Assembly: GCF_009914755.1 (NCBI RefSeq)
Contig: NC_060927.1
Length of the DNA stretch: 64,000 nucleotides
From: the human T2T-CHM13v2.0 reference genome, Homo sapiens
Strand: one strand, 5' to 3'
Part shown: in pieces, positions 1 through 14,610 of the stretch
How positions within the stretch are numbered: position 1 is the first letter of the stretch
Layout: every line of letters begins with the position of its first letter
Program-made: the position numbers and the translations under genes
The notes under the pieces: model-generated
What the model was told of the DNA's origin: nothing
The model's input: only the letters and a program-made list of their open reading frames with translations
The model's database searches: none

Positions 1-1559
1 ATTTCTTCTATTGAATTTTGATTTTGAAAAAATTCATTTCCCCTTTCTAAGAGCCCTGTCTTATTCTTGTATGGCTCCATTTTTGTTGAATCCTCTTTTT
101 GTTTTATGTATGCAGACTCTGCAGATCTTCTCTAAATATACAAGGGGAGACTTTTAAAAAGTTTTATTCTGTTCTTTAAAGGGTGTTTTCATCTCTTTGG
201 AAGTTAACTTTTTTATTTGCCTAGTTTAGGCTTCCTCCCCCTCATTCCCATTGCTTGATTTCCTCAAATATTCACTAATCATTGCTCACCTTTTATGGTT
301 AGAAGTGAGGTAAATAAACATTTCCTAGAAGCGCTGTAGATATAGACAGATTTGATTATTAGTCTCTTTATGGTAAACAGGCAAGAAGCTAACCCTTATA
401 TTGGGGGACTGATAATGTGAGATGTTTAAGTTTTCTTCTTATATTTTATTTAGGAAAGAAACTTCTGTTTTTTGTTTTGTTTTGTTTCTTTTAACCTAGT
501 ATAAGTGGTGTGCGGGGTATTTTACAGTATGAGGACTTCTCTTTAGAGGCTTTCATTCTAACCCCTGTCTCATCTCCCAACTCTGGTATTGTTTATATAC
601 AGTTGTCTTTTATATTTAAAGAAGATTTTGCTATAGTTGACATTTATACTCTAAAGTGATTGAAAATACGTGCCACATGTCTATTGTCTTTTCAATTCTC
701 AGTAACTATAGAACGTATCCTTTTATCTAAATAGTTGTAGCTGATGTGACTGATGTCTAGAGTTCTGAGTATTTCCTCTTACTTTCCTACCCCATCATGT
801 CCAGGTTCCATGTCTTCAACTTTTATTTCACAGTAGGTGGTGTAGCAGAATGTATTGAAGAAAACTCAGTGTTTACTTACAGCATTTTATCTAGCTCTTT
901 TGTTACCCTGCCTTTGCACAACTCAGATGAGGATATGATGTAGCTTAATTCTGTTTGATTTCAGGACCATATTATTGAATTTTTTCTTGTATGCTATAAT
1001 GTAAGAAAACTATGTTTTTGAACCAGAAATCTTCCTACAGAAATGTTGCTTTTATAGCTTCCAGCTAATTTCACAACATATGTTCTGATTTTCTACTTTT
1101 GTCTATTAGCATAGCACTTAACAGTGTTCTGTAAAAATAGCAAAAATGGATGTATTGCTAATGAATCTATCACTTGGATGTCGGGCTTCCCTAACATAAC
1201 TTAGTAAAGAACTTTTAGCTTTTTCAAGATAATCTTTCATTCCCAGCATTATTCTGCCTTTTTAAAGCAGTACATAAACTCCTGATGTATACTTATGAGG
1301 ATATACACTGGGGTAAAACAGTTCTTGAGTAATTGTCTTGAGGATTTTTGATGATTCCGACAGTGTCCACTGAGTGAAAAGTTTATCAGAAGATAGCAAG
1401 CGTATTCTAATATTGTGTTCTGAAACACGACTAAAAGAGCTTGAATAAAGCCAGATATTATAAGTGAAATTCTTGTAAGAGTAACCAAAGAACCTTGGAT
1501 TTTTAAAAATAAAACTTCTATAGGATTGATAATGATTCTTTTATTTATATGTGCAATTT

Positions 1560-2095
1560 AAATTGTTTATTGAACTCTAAATCTGTGCTAGTCAGTATAG
1601 TAGAAGATAGAAATAAAATGGCATAGAAACAGACACAATCTTTGCACTCATGAAGCTTAGAGACAAGTACAGAGAGAATTGTAATACAGGATAAGTTCAA
1701 CAAAATGTTATTTGTTATGAAACATAGGTGAATGACAGTAAACCAAGGTTTGAGTGCAGTGATAGAAGTCAGGGAAGACTTCTTAGTGGGAATAATATCT
1801 TAGATGAAATCTAAGTGATATATAGAAGCCAGGCATCTAAGAGGTTAAAGATGAATGTTTCAGAGAAAACTCCTATGGAAAATTCTGAAGTATGGATAGA
1901 AATGTGGTATAATTGAGGAACAGAATGTTCTGAGTGCTTGGAGTATTATGTTGAATTGCGGGTAATAGTGGAATAAGGTGGTAAGGCATAATAGCATGCC
2001 AAGTCATCATAAAGACATTGCCTTCTTCCAAAAAGAAAAAGAAAAAAAAGGAAGCCCTTATTTAATTTTAAGTAGTAAAGTACCAAGATTATATT

Positions 2096-2135
<40 letters not shown>

Positions 2136-2870
2136 TACTCTGGCTGCTGTGTGGAGAATGGTTTATAGAGAGCAGCAGAGAAAGCAGAAAGAAGACTATG
2201 CATTTATTTCAGACATAAGGATGTGGCAATCATGACAGAGAAAAGTAGATGTCATAAAATAGGTAGGTTCTAGTAATTGATTGGCTATCATGAATGGGGA
2301 AAAGGACTCAATAAGCACCCTAATTCTAGCTTGGGCAACTATGTAGCCGTATAGTGGCTACCAGTTCCATTCCCTGAAAATGAGACTACAAGGAAAGGAT
2401 TTAATTTGAAAAAAATCCCTTGAGACAAGTTTGAGATACATTGAGTTTGAATGATCTGTGGGATATCCAAATAGAAATGAAAAGAAAGACCATTATAAGA
2501 AAGACCAGGAAAAAAATAAGTTAAAAAAAGATTTGGCCTAGATATACAGATTTGGAATTTTCAGTACATAGGTGGCAAATTAAATCACAGAGTTCATGTT
2601 ATAATCAAGAAAGAGACTATAAGATGAAAAGGAAAAGGGCGCAGAAGAGAAAACTAAGGAACCTCAACATTAAAGACATGGGAGACCAAGAAGTCCCTAG
2701 AATTAGAAAGAACGGGAGGGAGAGGTATCACAAAAACCAGGAAGAGAAATTGTTGCAAGAGGTAGGGTGTAAATAACCAAAAATTTGAAATGATACTGAT
2801 GGATCAATATATGATAAAAGATAAAAGTTGTCTATTATATTTAACTATAAGGAGGTCATTGATAACTCTG
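1560..2870 (-). mobile_element. LINE-2 (L2) relic
   Basis: Degenerate antisense-L2 phrases (tttattga..ctgtgctag, ggctgctgtgtggagaatgg, gagtttgaatgatctgtgggatatccaaatagaaatg, gatttggaattttcagtacataggtgg); boundaries approximate. Confidence 0.65.
2098..2132. repeat. (TG)17 microsatellite
   Basis: Pure TG run read directly. Confidence 0.97.
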
Positions 2871-2879
2871 CAAAGTTTT

Positions 2880-3218
<339 letters not shown>

Positions 3219-3424
3219 CTCGGTAAAGTTTTTATTATCAAAGATGAATTGAAGCCAGAAAGGCAGAAATAGAAAAAAATGTACATTTCAGAAAACTTAC
3301 AACTTTAACAAAGTATGTGGAAATACACTTTCTTTAAAGCTTTGTCAGGAGAGAATGTAGATTATGCTAGGTTGATAAACAGATTTGTTTTTTTAAAAAT
3401 CTGAGGGTAATGGCCCCACCATCC

Positions 3425-3945
3425 ATCCCATTACTGGCTATATACCCAAAGTATTATAAATCATTCTAATATAAAGACACTTGCACATGTATGTTTATTG
3501 CAGCACTGTTCACAATAGCAAAGACTTGGGAACCAACACAAATGCCCATCAATGATAGACTGGATAAAGAAAATGTGGCACATATACACCGTGGAATACT
3601 ATGCAACCATAAAAAAGGAGGAGTTCATGTTCTTTGCAGGGATATGGATGAAGCTGGAAACCACCATTCTCAGCAAACTAACACAGGAACGGAAAACCAA
3701 ACACCACATGTTTTCACTCATAAGTGGGAGTTGAACAATGAGAACACATGGACACAGGGAGGGGAACATCACACACTGGGGCCTGTCAGGGGGTGGGGGG
3801 CTAGGGAAGGGATAGCATTAGGAGAAATACCTAATGTAGATGATGGGTTGATAGGTGCAGCAAACCACCATGGCACGTGTATACCTATGTAACAAACCTC
3901 CACGTTCTGCTCATGTATCCCAGAACTTAAAGTATATTTTTAAAA
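3425..3945 (+). mobile_element. 5'-truncated L1PA 3' end (ORF2 C-terminus + 3'UTR)
   Basis: ORF track shows L1 ORF2 tail peptides (MFIAALFTIAKTW; DWIKKMWHIYT..KLETTILSKL..HMFSLISGS); G-rich 3'UTR and cagaacttaaagtata terminus. Confidence 0.95.
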
Positions 3946-6900
3946 AATTCAAATGGTATTGATCAAAGATATGAAGCCCTGATGGAAAGGAGTTCAAATA
4001 TATACAATGTAACAAATATGTCAGCATAACACTGATAGGCTGGAGGTATCATTATGGTTGGATTTATGCAGACATTTAGAAATACACCACTGCATTCTAT
4101 TTTGTGAAATAGTGAAACCCCTGGCACTTGGGATTTTCTGAATCAGCACTAATTTTTGTATCACATATGATAGGTATGTATATTTTTCCCGTACCATGAA
4201 CCATCTATATAATCACTTTAATTGTCATGTTTTGTCTGTTGAGGTCCCTGATGTACATCCAATCCCTAAAATACTGTCTGGAATGTGTGAGATGGGCAAT
4301 ATATATTTGTTAAGTGAACAAAAGTTTATTAGAGAAGTGCTGTTAAATAAAAATATATTGGTTAAATGAAGAAAATCTGAGGCGTTCTCATAGGAGTAAC
4401 AAAAAAGAAAAATGCACATAAATTATATTCCACTAGATCTGAGGTTTCTGAATTTTTCCAGGCTATAGTTCTAATATTCCACTATATTTCCTCTGTCTGT
4501 TATGTATAGGTATGATAAGCCTTGGCAGCTGGGCTGCGCTATTAAATTCATGGATTATTGTTCAACTGATAATGAAATGATAACAACTGTCAAGAATCAT
4601 TCCTTTACACAGGCTTTTACTTATACACATAAAGTTGAGCAGTGTCCACCAATGTTCTATATCTTGGATGAAGAAGAAAATGATTAAATATCTTATATTC
4701 TTGATTATAATGAGAAATACTATTTCCTTGCAAATATTATTTATAACTTAGAAAGTAATATGTGCATATGCATAAAAAAGCAATGAGTACAAAATTAAAC
4801 AGTATAAAATAATAATGTGCCCTCTTATTATAAGTCCCTTGCTTACTCCCTGGAGGAACCCATTTTTTCAGAACATTCCCATGTTTCTATAAGTAAGATG
4901 TTCATTTTGGAGATACTCCACTTTGGCGTACTTGTTAATTAAACTTGGGACTCGAAAGACTTGCATTATTTAAATTATTCTTGGGTAAAATTGCTATTTT
5001 TTTTCTCATGACTACTTCAGCGAATATTAGTCTGAATCTCTCCAAATCTTGTTTTCTTACTACAGACCACCATCAACTGTCATTTGAGTTCTCTATCATT
5101 ATGAACTACAGTCTTGTAAATCTTTCATTCACTCAACAGGATTATAGCGCATACTCTGAAAGAAGTACTTCATCCTAATTAGTTCCACAGGTGCCTTTCC
5201 TTTAAAAAGGAAATAGTTTCCACACTGTCTCCAGAAGAATGTTATCGGGTCATTATGCCTTTGATAAATGAATGTGCTGCGGAGCCTGGGTTTCCCTGAA
5301 GGGTCTCTGCAACGCACAAAAATGCTGTGTTATAACTTTTGATCCATGATTGCCCTAATTTTCTCAATTTATCCAATATTATATCCAGATATGCAGTCCC
5401 AGATCTCCAATGAACCACACTGATGCTTCTTTGTTGATCTTATATACTTATTTTTCCTCAGGTTGCTACTAAACATAAGTTCTTCTCTTCATACTAGGTA
5501 TTATGTGTCAGCTTTTAGCGAATTAGATTGTTTATTGCATTGGGATGAGAATAAAGTACTTACAGACAATGGATTAGTGGTTTGAATTCTTCCCAGGCTA
5601 TCAGCAATCAGAAGTTGTTAGTACTCTCTTGGGGTCTATATAAAATGAAGGTGGTCTGATTACAATTCTGGGCCAGCAGGAAGGAGTACAATTTCTATTA
5701 CAGGGGGGTAGGAACGGAAGTCTTGGTAAGGAGGCCAGATGTCTCCTTCTAATGGCTTATAAGAACAAAACCTGAACATGTTTTAATTTTTTTTTTCCTC
5801 AAAGCACTATCTCGGGAGTAGTGCTAAGGTATTTCATTCCCTCCCCACAATCATTTTCTCCCACTATAATAACTTATTCGTTAATTTACTTACGCATTTA
5901 CTTCTTTCTCTAACACTCAAAAGTTCAAAAAGTTCATTGAGATTGTCTCTATTTTACTTGTTCCAAGCCAGTGCCTACCAAAACCAAACACTTTTGGCCC
6001 TTCACTTACCATATGCAGCCACCTTGTTAATCACTGTTTCTCTGGACCTCATAGTTTATTGCCTTTGCAAATAGGGGCTGTAAATCTATTGTGCTTCTCT
6101 AAAATTAATTTCTGGTCAATATATCAAAGAAGCTTTGATGACATTTGACCAAGGCAGACGAAGATACAAAAACCTATGTAAAATGATTCTGAAATGCTTC
6201 CTATAGATCAGCCAGACTTTTAAATCGTGTATGCCTTACTATAATGAAAAAGTGAAAGAGAAAGCATGAGGAAACTAGAGTAAACTGGGAACTGTGCTTG
6301 GAACCCAGAGTGATACCAGCACCTCACATTTTTTTTTTTTTGTAGATCATGTGATGCTTCTGTAGTGGTTATAGAAGCAGTGTGATCTGCCTGTAGAGCT
6401 AATTGGCATCAATGAGTTTTAAGACAACTTTCTGAAGGAAAATACAGTATGTGATTTTAGTTTGGTAATGAAGGCTGGATTTTTATACTATTGAAACAGC
6501 TTGAAACTTTTGACCAAGGCCTGTAGAAAGAAATATATGTATTTAATATTAGAATCTAGCGAACACAAACACGCTAACACGTGTGTGTATGAAAGTATAT
6601 ATGTATATATTTATATATATGAAAGTATATCTATTTCTATATGAATATAATTTGAAGTGGAGATTCTATTAAATGATTCTTACCTTGCTATGTGTAATGT
6701 CCTCTGACATATTCTAGTATTTATTCTACACGGTACCACTAAAAAATAACTCAAGTATCTGGCCATATACCATTAGATCTATTTCATGCATGCTTAATGG
6801 CTTACGTACTGCAGTTTGAAAAACATTGTTCTATTGTTACTCCTTACGAATTGTGGATATATATTTCTATATTATGTCATTTTTACCACAATTGCTTTCA

Positions 6901-7199
6901 TTTCAAAAAAAATTTGTGTTAAAACATGTTTACGCATTGGTTTTTTAAAGTACTGAAGACTACAAATATGTTCACCATCATTGTGGATTGAAATAGTTTG
7001 TAACTATTCCCTTTTCACACAACTAGATAACAAATCCAGATAAATTATATGTTTGAGAGTATCAAGATTTTTCTTTTCACTCATACTTACCTGTTTCCTG
7101 AGTAAATGAAAGATAGCTTCCTAGAGTGTTATTACAACATATTTACAAGTTCTAAATATTCTTTAGCAAAAACCAAAATATTTCTTTTTTATTCTTTTG

Positions 7200-7266
7200 G
7201 TTTTTTAAATTTTAAATTTGTATGGCTACATAATAGGTGTATATATGTATGGGGTACATGAGATGT
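7200..7266 (-). mobile_element. Very short L1MA-type 3' end fragment
   Basis: tacataataggtgtatatatgtatggggtacatgagat matches reverse L1MA terminus. Confidence 0.55.
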
Positions 7267-8700
7267 AGAAAACATTTCACATTTTGATTAAACAAAGTGA
7301 TTAGATTTATTTCACCTGTATGCGTGCTTTACTATAGTTTCAGTGTTACCATGCAGATTTTTCCATTTATTGGTCCATATTCCTGTGTTAATAAAAAAAG
7401 GTACCTCTCATTTTATAACAAAATTTACCTTCTCCCTGAATAAAAACAAGGCTTACTCTTTATTAGATTAATTTATTTACAGGAGGGATGCTAAATCATG
7501 CAATACTTGTTGTAAAAATTGTTTGAAGCAGTTTTTTATATGCTTATATTACTGGCGGAAGATGACTATGCATATTTCTGAACCAAATTTAGATAGCTGA
7601 CAACATTAACCCTTAGGATTTGAAGGACAAGCCAATCCTGTATAAGCTATTTAGGATTTCTTCTACGTACAAGTCATCCAACATTGCTCACTCTATTATG
7701 GAAGTCAGTCACTAAGTCTCTCCTAAAAGCTAACCTTTTCCAGTGAACCATTATTGGTGACATAACCTTATCTTCTACTTCAGTGATGAATTCCACAGGT
7801 CACTGGCATAAGATGGTTTTCAAAATGTAGAAGATGATGAGGAGATTATGAGGATCTAGGTCAACTGAGTTAAACTCTGAAAGCTGTAAAAGTGTCATGA
7901 ATCCTGTTGTTGGTTCAGTCAAGGCTTGATTTTTAATATCTCAATTGAAGGTCTTCATGCTGCCTACATGCCATACAATATGGCAGCTTGTTCTAAATTT
8001 TTCTTTAGCAATCTTAAAGACTTTTTTCAAGGGACATGTGAACGCCAATTATATTTAGATAATTAAAATGAATAAAATTTTGTTTATAATATATGCAGAG
8101 AGATAGAACAAAAATCAGCTATAATATTATCCTCTTCTCTTGATTAGATAATGGGATAAAATATATGTCATGTTTTGATGAATAGCGTGTTTCGGCACAC
8201 ATGCATGTTGTCAAGGAAGGATCATCTGCTGTTATTATATCCTCCACCAATCTTCACAAAGAACTCAAGTTCAAGAAGAGCAGGAAGGTAAAGGAAATAA
8301 CCCACATGAATTCATCAATAAGAATTATGTTAGCTATTTATCTTACATTTCCCTTTAACACATAGGAGCTCTGATATGGCCATTTGATAATAAGTATATT
8401 TCCTAAGACTGCTGAAAAAAATAGCATTTGCTAAATACTTGGAAAATGCATAATGTTTACAAACCACATTTGTAACCTGCAATGTCTTTTTGAGACCATT
8501 AGACAACTACTTACTGAAGTTAATTTTACTAACACAGGTGTTAATGGTACACTAGTGTCTTAAACAGCAGAATGCAAACTAGGGTACTATTCAGAAACAT
8601 TATAGACATTGAATGGCTGTGATTCATTAAAATATATATTATAACCTATTCACTTTTCGCTACATTGTATAAGGGATACATTTTTATTTAAATATTCTTC

Positions 8701-8761
8701 CGATTTTTCTCCCTATACACTTGAGAGCTTTCGATTTTTCTCCCTATACACATGACAGCTT
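8701..8761. repeat. 31-bp tandem duplication (2 copies, 2 mismatches)
   Basis: cgatttttctccctatacac(t/a)tga(g/c)agctt starts at 8701 and 8732. Confidence 0.92.
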
Positions 8762-9126
8762 GTCTCCTCTCATCTCAAATATTTTTACAAATCTAAGCAG
8801 ATTTCTGCCTTTACTGCATTATCACCTTATTTGAGAAAGCTCATTCTGGTTCTTCTAATCACTTCTAATCTTGTCTCACCTTCATTGATAACTTTAACGG
8901 TGGAGAAGTCACAGATTAAGTTGGACTGGAGTTGTGGAAATAAGGTGAGGTGATTTGTCACAGAAATTAGAGGAATCTTAGTGATAAATAGTGTAATTTT
9001 CAGGATCTTGCTAAAAGTTTTTCCAAATAACAAGCAAAAATAGAAAGAGTTGAAATTAAAGGTCATCATATTTTAGAAAACAAACCACAAAACTAAAGCA
9101 GCTCGATGTGTAAGCTACAGGCAGGA

Positions 9127-9173
9127 GCTAATATCTGTATTATGGATTCTGCTAATATCTGTATTATGGATTC
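9127..9173. repeat. 24-bp tandem duplication
   Basis: gctaatatctgtattatggattc at 9127 and 9151. Confidence 0.93.
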
Positions 9174-10257
9174 ATTAAATTGCTTGTATACTCTTTACCA
9201 CTTAGTTAATATGTGAGCTTTAAATAGCTTAAAAGCTGGAGCAATTGTTTCATGTTTTTTAAATATGGTGTTTGACATCAATTCTTGTTAATGATCTCTG
9301 AGCCTAAGAAGGCTTATATTTATGCCCAGAGGATAGTTCACATTTAAAAAAATCATTTTTTCTTTTACATGTACTCCAAACGTACTATGATGGAATCCTT
9401 TAATTTTAAGGATTATTATAATTACTTGCTTCAAGAGAAAACCTTTTATGCAGTAATGTGAAATTTCTTTCAAAGGCAGGCAGGGTTGCATTGTGATCTT
9501 GGTACCGAAATCATCCGGCTCCATATTCCAGGTTACCCATTTACTACTCATGTGACCCCCACACAAGCTACTTCACATCTCTGAACTTATGTTTTTTCAC
9601 TCATATAATGGTAACTATTGTACCTACTTCTTCAGAATTCTGTAAGCCTGGCTGACACCAAAACTTTACATGAGGTGGACACTCAAAAATAGTTGTAGTG
9701 GCTGCTATTTGGCTCCTAGGCACCTATTAGTAAATAGTAGGAAACTAAGTAAAACAAATATATCAAAAGTGATAGAAAATACTCTTTGTAAGCCATTCAG
9801 GAGCTGGCTACTGTTAAGAAATGAATGATCTCCTCCTTTGAGAAGAGAAAATTACTTCCTCCATATTGAAATAGACTTATTGCAGAATAGTCATACTATC
9901 ACACATGAGAAAATTTCTGCAGTATGTGAGCCTAATCCCCTGGAGGAGAAATTTATTTTCACCCTCATGAAAATATGGAGAAATCTTTTTGATGGCTATA
10001 GTAAGAGCTGACCACTGGGGAGGAGAGAAAGTCAGCCTATGGAAATCACTCTCAACAGGTCAGAAGAAGTCATGGTGGTTTTAATTACAGGACAAGTTTT
10101 GAGCAATTATTGACCTTTAACTATGCAGAAATAATTTGAGAGAGTTTTTTTTTTCTCAAAGGATCTATGCATCAGATAATAATTGTTAGCAGTGGAGACC
10201 TAATATGAGTGCCTCTAATTTTTCCTACAAATTTGAGGTTGTTGCATTAAGTGGCAT

Positions 10258-10581
10258 TGTTGCAGGACTTTTCCCTAGGTTAGCTGAAAAAGGAGTCCTT
10301 GATCCACAGCCACAAAACTTGAGGCTTGCAGACGATTTGAAGGGTGAGAATAATGGGATTTATTGGGCAAAAAGGAAAAAGGGGGTAACAAGGACTCTCC
10401 ACAAGGCCAGAGTTCTTGCTAGTAGTCTTCCCACCTCACAGATTGAATTCCACGTTTCACACAGGAAGAGGAGGAGCCAGGCTCCTCCTGCCTGCAAACG
10501 GCATGAACTTCCTGAGTCTCTAGCTGGGCACGCAGGCCAGTTGCAGTTTTGCCAGGGAGCCCTTCCCACCTGGCTGTCTCA
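10258..10581 (-). mobile_element. Solo ERV1 LTR (MER61-like)
   Basis: TG...CA termini, exact 4-bp TSD gcat (10254-10257, 10582-10585); reverse strand begins tgagacagccaggtgggaaggg as I recall for MER61. Confidence 0.8.
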
Positions 10582-10712
10582 GCATCATTTGTTTATACAT
10601 GTGTGGTACTGTTAATGTTTTGTCATACTTGTATGTTTATATAACACACAGTAGTGTGGAAAAACATGCTATATTTTTGAAACTTGAAATCTGTATGAGA
10701 AATTCTATTTAG

Positions 10713-10870
10713 ATCCTGTTACTCAAAATATGATCCATGGATCAGAGACATAAAATCTTGCTAAAAATATGTTCTCTCTGTCCCTGGCTCAGAACTATTA
10801 AATCAAGTACTATGTTTTAGTAAAATTCTCAGGTAATTCAGTGCACATTAAAATTTACGGGGCAGTGCGT
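10713..10870. mobile_element. MER5-like hAT-Charlie DNA transposon relic
   Basis: tactcaaaatatgatcc...caggtaattc..tgcacattaaa..cagtgc pattern. Confidence 0.5.
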
Positions 10871-13257
10871 TAGATCACAAAGCTATTCCTGACTTTGGAG
10901 CTCCTTATGCCTCCAAATTGTAAATACTTGGAGGATTCGCCTTGAAAATCCAAATTCCCAAACTATGGGATCACCATAGTTAACTAGTACCTTAAGAAAT
11001 AAATCTGGATAAAAAGATAACTAATTGCCTGTGAATAGATGCAAAAAGGAAATTATATTATTTACTAAGCCTGATCCCAAGACCTAAGGAAACATCAAGA
11101 AGAGGTTCTAAATATATGAAGGGTTGTCCACTAGAATAGGAATGGCAATTACTCTTTATAGACCCAGAGAGAATTAATTACTAGGATCAACAAATAGAAT
11201 TCACAGGAAGAGAGATTTTGGTGCCAGATAATTGAACTATGTGTAAGTGCAATGCTTTTTCTCACAAATGAAATCTATTTATCTCCTTTCTTCAAGCCGA
11301 GGTTTACCCAATATCTGTCATGGGCTCTGTTGAAAGAGCCTCATAAGTAAGAGGTTTGAACTGAAAGACTACAGAAAAATGACCTCAGAGGTCACTTTGA
11401 AGTCTGAAATTCTAGGATTTGTCCAGTCAAGGAATAACAAATGCCTGTGAATAATTGAATATATGTGACAAGTGAAAAGAGAACTGTTTGAGTGAACATA
11501 AGTAGTGGTTAGGTTTAACAACTAATAAGAATAATCAGCTACACAGCCTGTGCAGATTTAAGAGGCAAATTATATGTTTAGAAAAGCCGACTCTAACAGA
11601 AGGGCTCTTAGCTATTTTGTGAAGACTTGGAAAGTTACTCATTGAGCCCTCTGCTGGCTGATATGCAGGGCACTGATTTTTGGATAGGAAAGGAGACTAA
11701 ATTTTCCCCCTGGGAATAATAGGTGATATTCGCACATCAAAGAGAAGTATTGAGAAAGAGCAAGGATAAGTTGATTAAGATGGCTTATGAGAACTGCAAC
11801 TTGTTTGATTCTTGGACATTTATTTTTGATTATCTTTGTAATAGCAGTTGATTCAATTGCTATCATATGGTGACACCAGCAAATAATTTTAATTTTTTAA
11901 TATTTGAATCCACTTTATTTTTAAAATCTATGTGGGGAATTATAATTCTATAAAGCTTCCAGATAGTATAATTAATAAAGTACTAGCAGTTTCCAAAACT
12001 AAAAATTAAAGATGATTTAGAATTACTTTAGAAGAGAAACACACCTGTATGAAGTTTCTTCATGTCTTTCTGTATGTTTAGAAGCATGTTTATTTTCAGA
12101 CTAAATCTACAGTGAAGGTTAAGTTACTATCATTTCTAGAATGCAGTGGTAAGAGAGAGAATCCAGTGTATGGTAATGAAAAATACCCACTGTAGAGTAT
12201 TTCCATCATCCCCAAATGAAACATATCATCATCCCCCGAAGTTCCTCCCATTGTGCATTTTTTTCTCAGTCAGTTTGTAACACCTGCACAACCCAGAAAA
12301 CTACTCTTCTGATTTTAATTAATTTTGCTTCTTCTAGAACTTCAGTAGAAATGAATTGTGTTTGGCTTCTCTGGATTTGAAAGATTCACCCAGGTTGAGT
12401 TTATCACCAGTTTCTTCCTTTTTATTGATGAATAGTATTCCACAATTTATCAGTTCCCATGGTGATGGACATTTAGCTTATTATCAGTTTTTGGTTCCTT
12501 TGAAAAAAGCTGCTATGAATTTTTAATTTCTCTTCCATAACCATCTAGGAGTGGAATTTCTGGTTTTTAGGGTAAATGTGTAACTACAGAAATCTCTCAA
12601 ACTGTTTTTCATAATAATTTTAGGTTCATTTATTATGAAGAAGTTATATATTCTCATAAGTACTGTATGTGTGAGAGCTCAAATTGCTCCATTATCTTGC
12701 CAATATTTGGTATTTTTTGGCTTTTTTGTTTTAGCCCTTCTAGGGGATGAGAAATTGTATCTCATTGTGGTTTTTAACTTGCATTACTCCAATGACTAAA
12801 GATGTTGAACACCATTCTGTGTGCTAATTGACCATGTATATGTCTTATTTAATGAGTTATCTTTTCAAATATTTGCCCATTTTTATTGAGCTGTTTAGCT
12901 ATGTATTGTTGATTTCTTAATATATTATAGAAGTAAGTTTTTATCAGATGAAGGAAATTCATTATTGTTGGTTTGTGAAATATATCTTAAAATCATGAAT
13001 GGGCATAACATTTTGGAAGTATTTTTTCCTCTATCAATTGAGATGGTTGTATGACTTCTGTCCTTTAACTGGTGAATTATATTGAATGATTTTTTAATGT
13101 TAAGCCTCCTTGGACTTACTGAATAAACTTTACCAATGGAATCTTTCTTATGTGGTTCCATCCATTTGCTAATATTTTAGTAAGGACTGATGTGTCTAAT
13201 CTTAGGAGAATTATTAGTTCACATTTATCTATTTTTCTTACATGTTCCTTCTCAACC

Positions 13258-13573
13258 TTTTTTTATTTGTTTGCTTGTTTTCTGTTTTTGAGACTAGGTC
13301 TCACTCTGTCACCCAGCCTGAAGTGCAGTGGCATGATTACGGCTCGCTATGGCCTCAAAATCCCCGGGCTCAGGTATTCCTCCTACTCAGCCTCCCAAGT
13401 AGGTGGATGTGCACCACCACATCCAGCTAATTTTTATAAATATACATATTTTTTTGTAGAGATGGGATTTTGCCATGTTGCCTAGCCTGGTCTCAAATTC
13501 CTGGGCTCAAGCAATCATCCACCTTGGCCTCTCAAAGTGCTGGGATTACAGGCGTGAGCAAATGCTCCCAGCC
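13258..13573 (-). mobile_element. AluJ
   Basis: Reverse Alu dimer with J diagnostics (ggtctcactctgtcaccc, cctgggctcaagcaatc). Confidence 0.92.
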
Positions 13574-14324
13574 CCTTGTCAAGTTTTGATATCAGGATTA
13601 TACATAAAATGAATTGGGAAGCGTTCTATACTCTTATGTTATCTGAAAAAATGCTTTTAAAAGATTGACATTATTTATTCCTTGAATGTTTGAAAATTCA
13701 ACAATAAAGCCTCTTGGCCTATTTCAGGAAGTTTGTTTTAGGAATATTTTTAATCATTAATTCAATTTTTAAAATAGAGATGAAGCTGTTCAGGTTTTTA
13801 ATTTTCTCCATCGCTTTTGATAAGCTGTGTATTAACAGTTTGTCTGCTTCATCTAACTTGTGACCTTATTCACCTAACGTCCCTACTATTTACAAATTTT
13901 ATTTCTATGATCTAAAAGATTTTTTGTTGATCTTTTCTTTTTCATTCATGACATGCCTAATCTGTGTTTTCTTATTTTCCTTCATCAGTCTTCCTAATGT
14001 TTTTTGATGCTATTGATCTTTACTTAAAAGAAACTTTTGGTTTTGTTGGGTTTTTAAAGATTAATTTCTGTGTACAAGCACACATTCCTTGGCTATATAT
14101 GCTCTTCTTTTTCTAACTTATTGATTCTAGCTGTCAGTTTCTCTCTAAGCACTGCTTTAGCTGCAAATCACAAATTTCAATATTGTATGCTTTTATTATC
14201 ATTTAGTTAAAATATTTTCTAAATTACCTTATAATTTCCTTCTTCTTTTTCTAATTTGTTTTTAGGAGGGTGTTCTTAATTTCTAAATATATGGATGTGT
14301 TTTTATTTAAAGACTTTTATTTTT

Positions 14325-14610
14325 GGCTGGGTACAGTGGCTTATGCCTGTAATCACAGAATTTAGGGAGGCTGAAGCAGGAGGATCATTTGAGCCTATTC
14401 AAGACCAGCTTGGGCAATATAATGAGTCCCCTTCTTATAATTTAACAATTAGTCCAGCCTGGTGCACGTGCCTGTAGTCCTAGCTACTAGGGAGGCTGAG
14501 TAGGAGGATTGCTTAAGCCTAGGATGTCAAGGTTGCCTTGAGCTATGATTGCACCACTGCACTCCAGCCTGGGTGACAGAGCGAGGACCTGTCTCAAAAA
14601 AAAAGAAAAA
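14325..14610 (+). mobile_element. AluJ
   Basis: ggctgggtacagtggcttatgcctgtaatc...ggaggattgcttaagcc...tctcaaaaa A-tail. Confidence 0.92.

Noticed and set aside
3491-3892. 133-aa and 60-aa ORFs
   Set aside because: Frameshifted L1 ORF2 C-terminus and 3'UTR, not a host gene
5240-5345. Unique-looking stretch with CTTTGAT-like motifs and a few CpGs (possible conserved enhancer)
   Set aside because: Cannot be supported without alignment; short motifs are common by chance
10205-10615. 136-aa ORF
   Set aside because: Spans the solo ERV1 LTR; no splice or homology support
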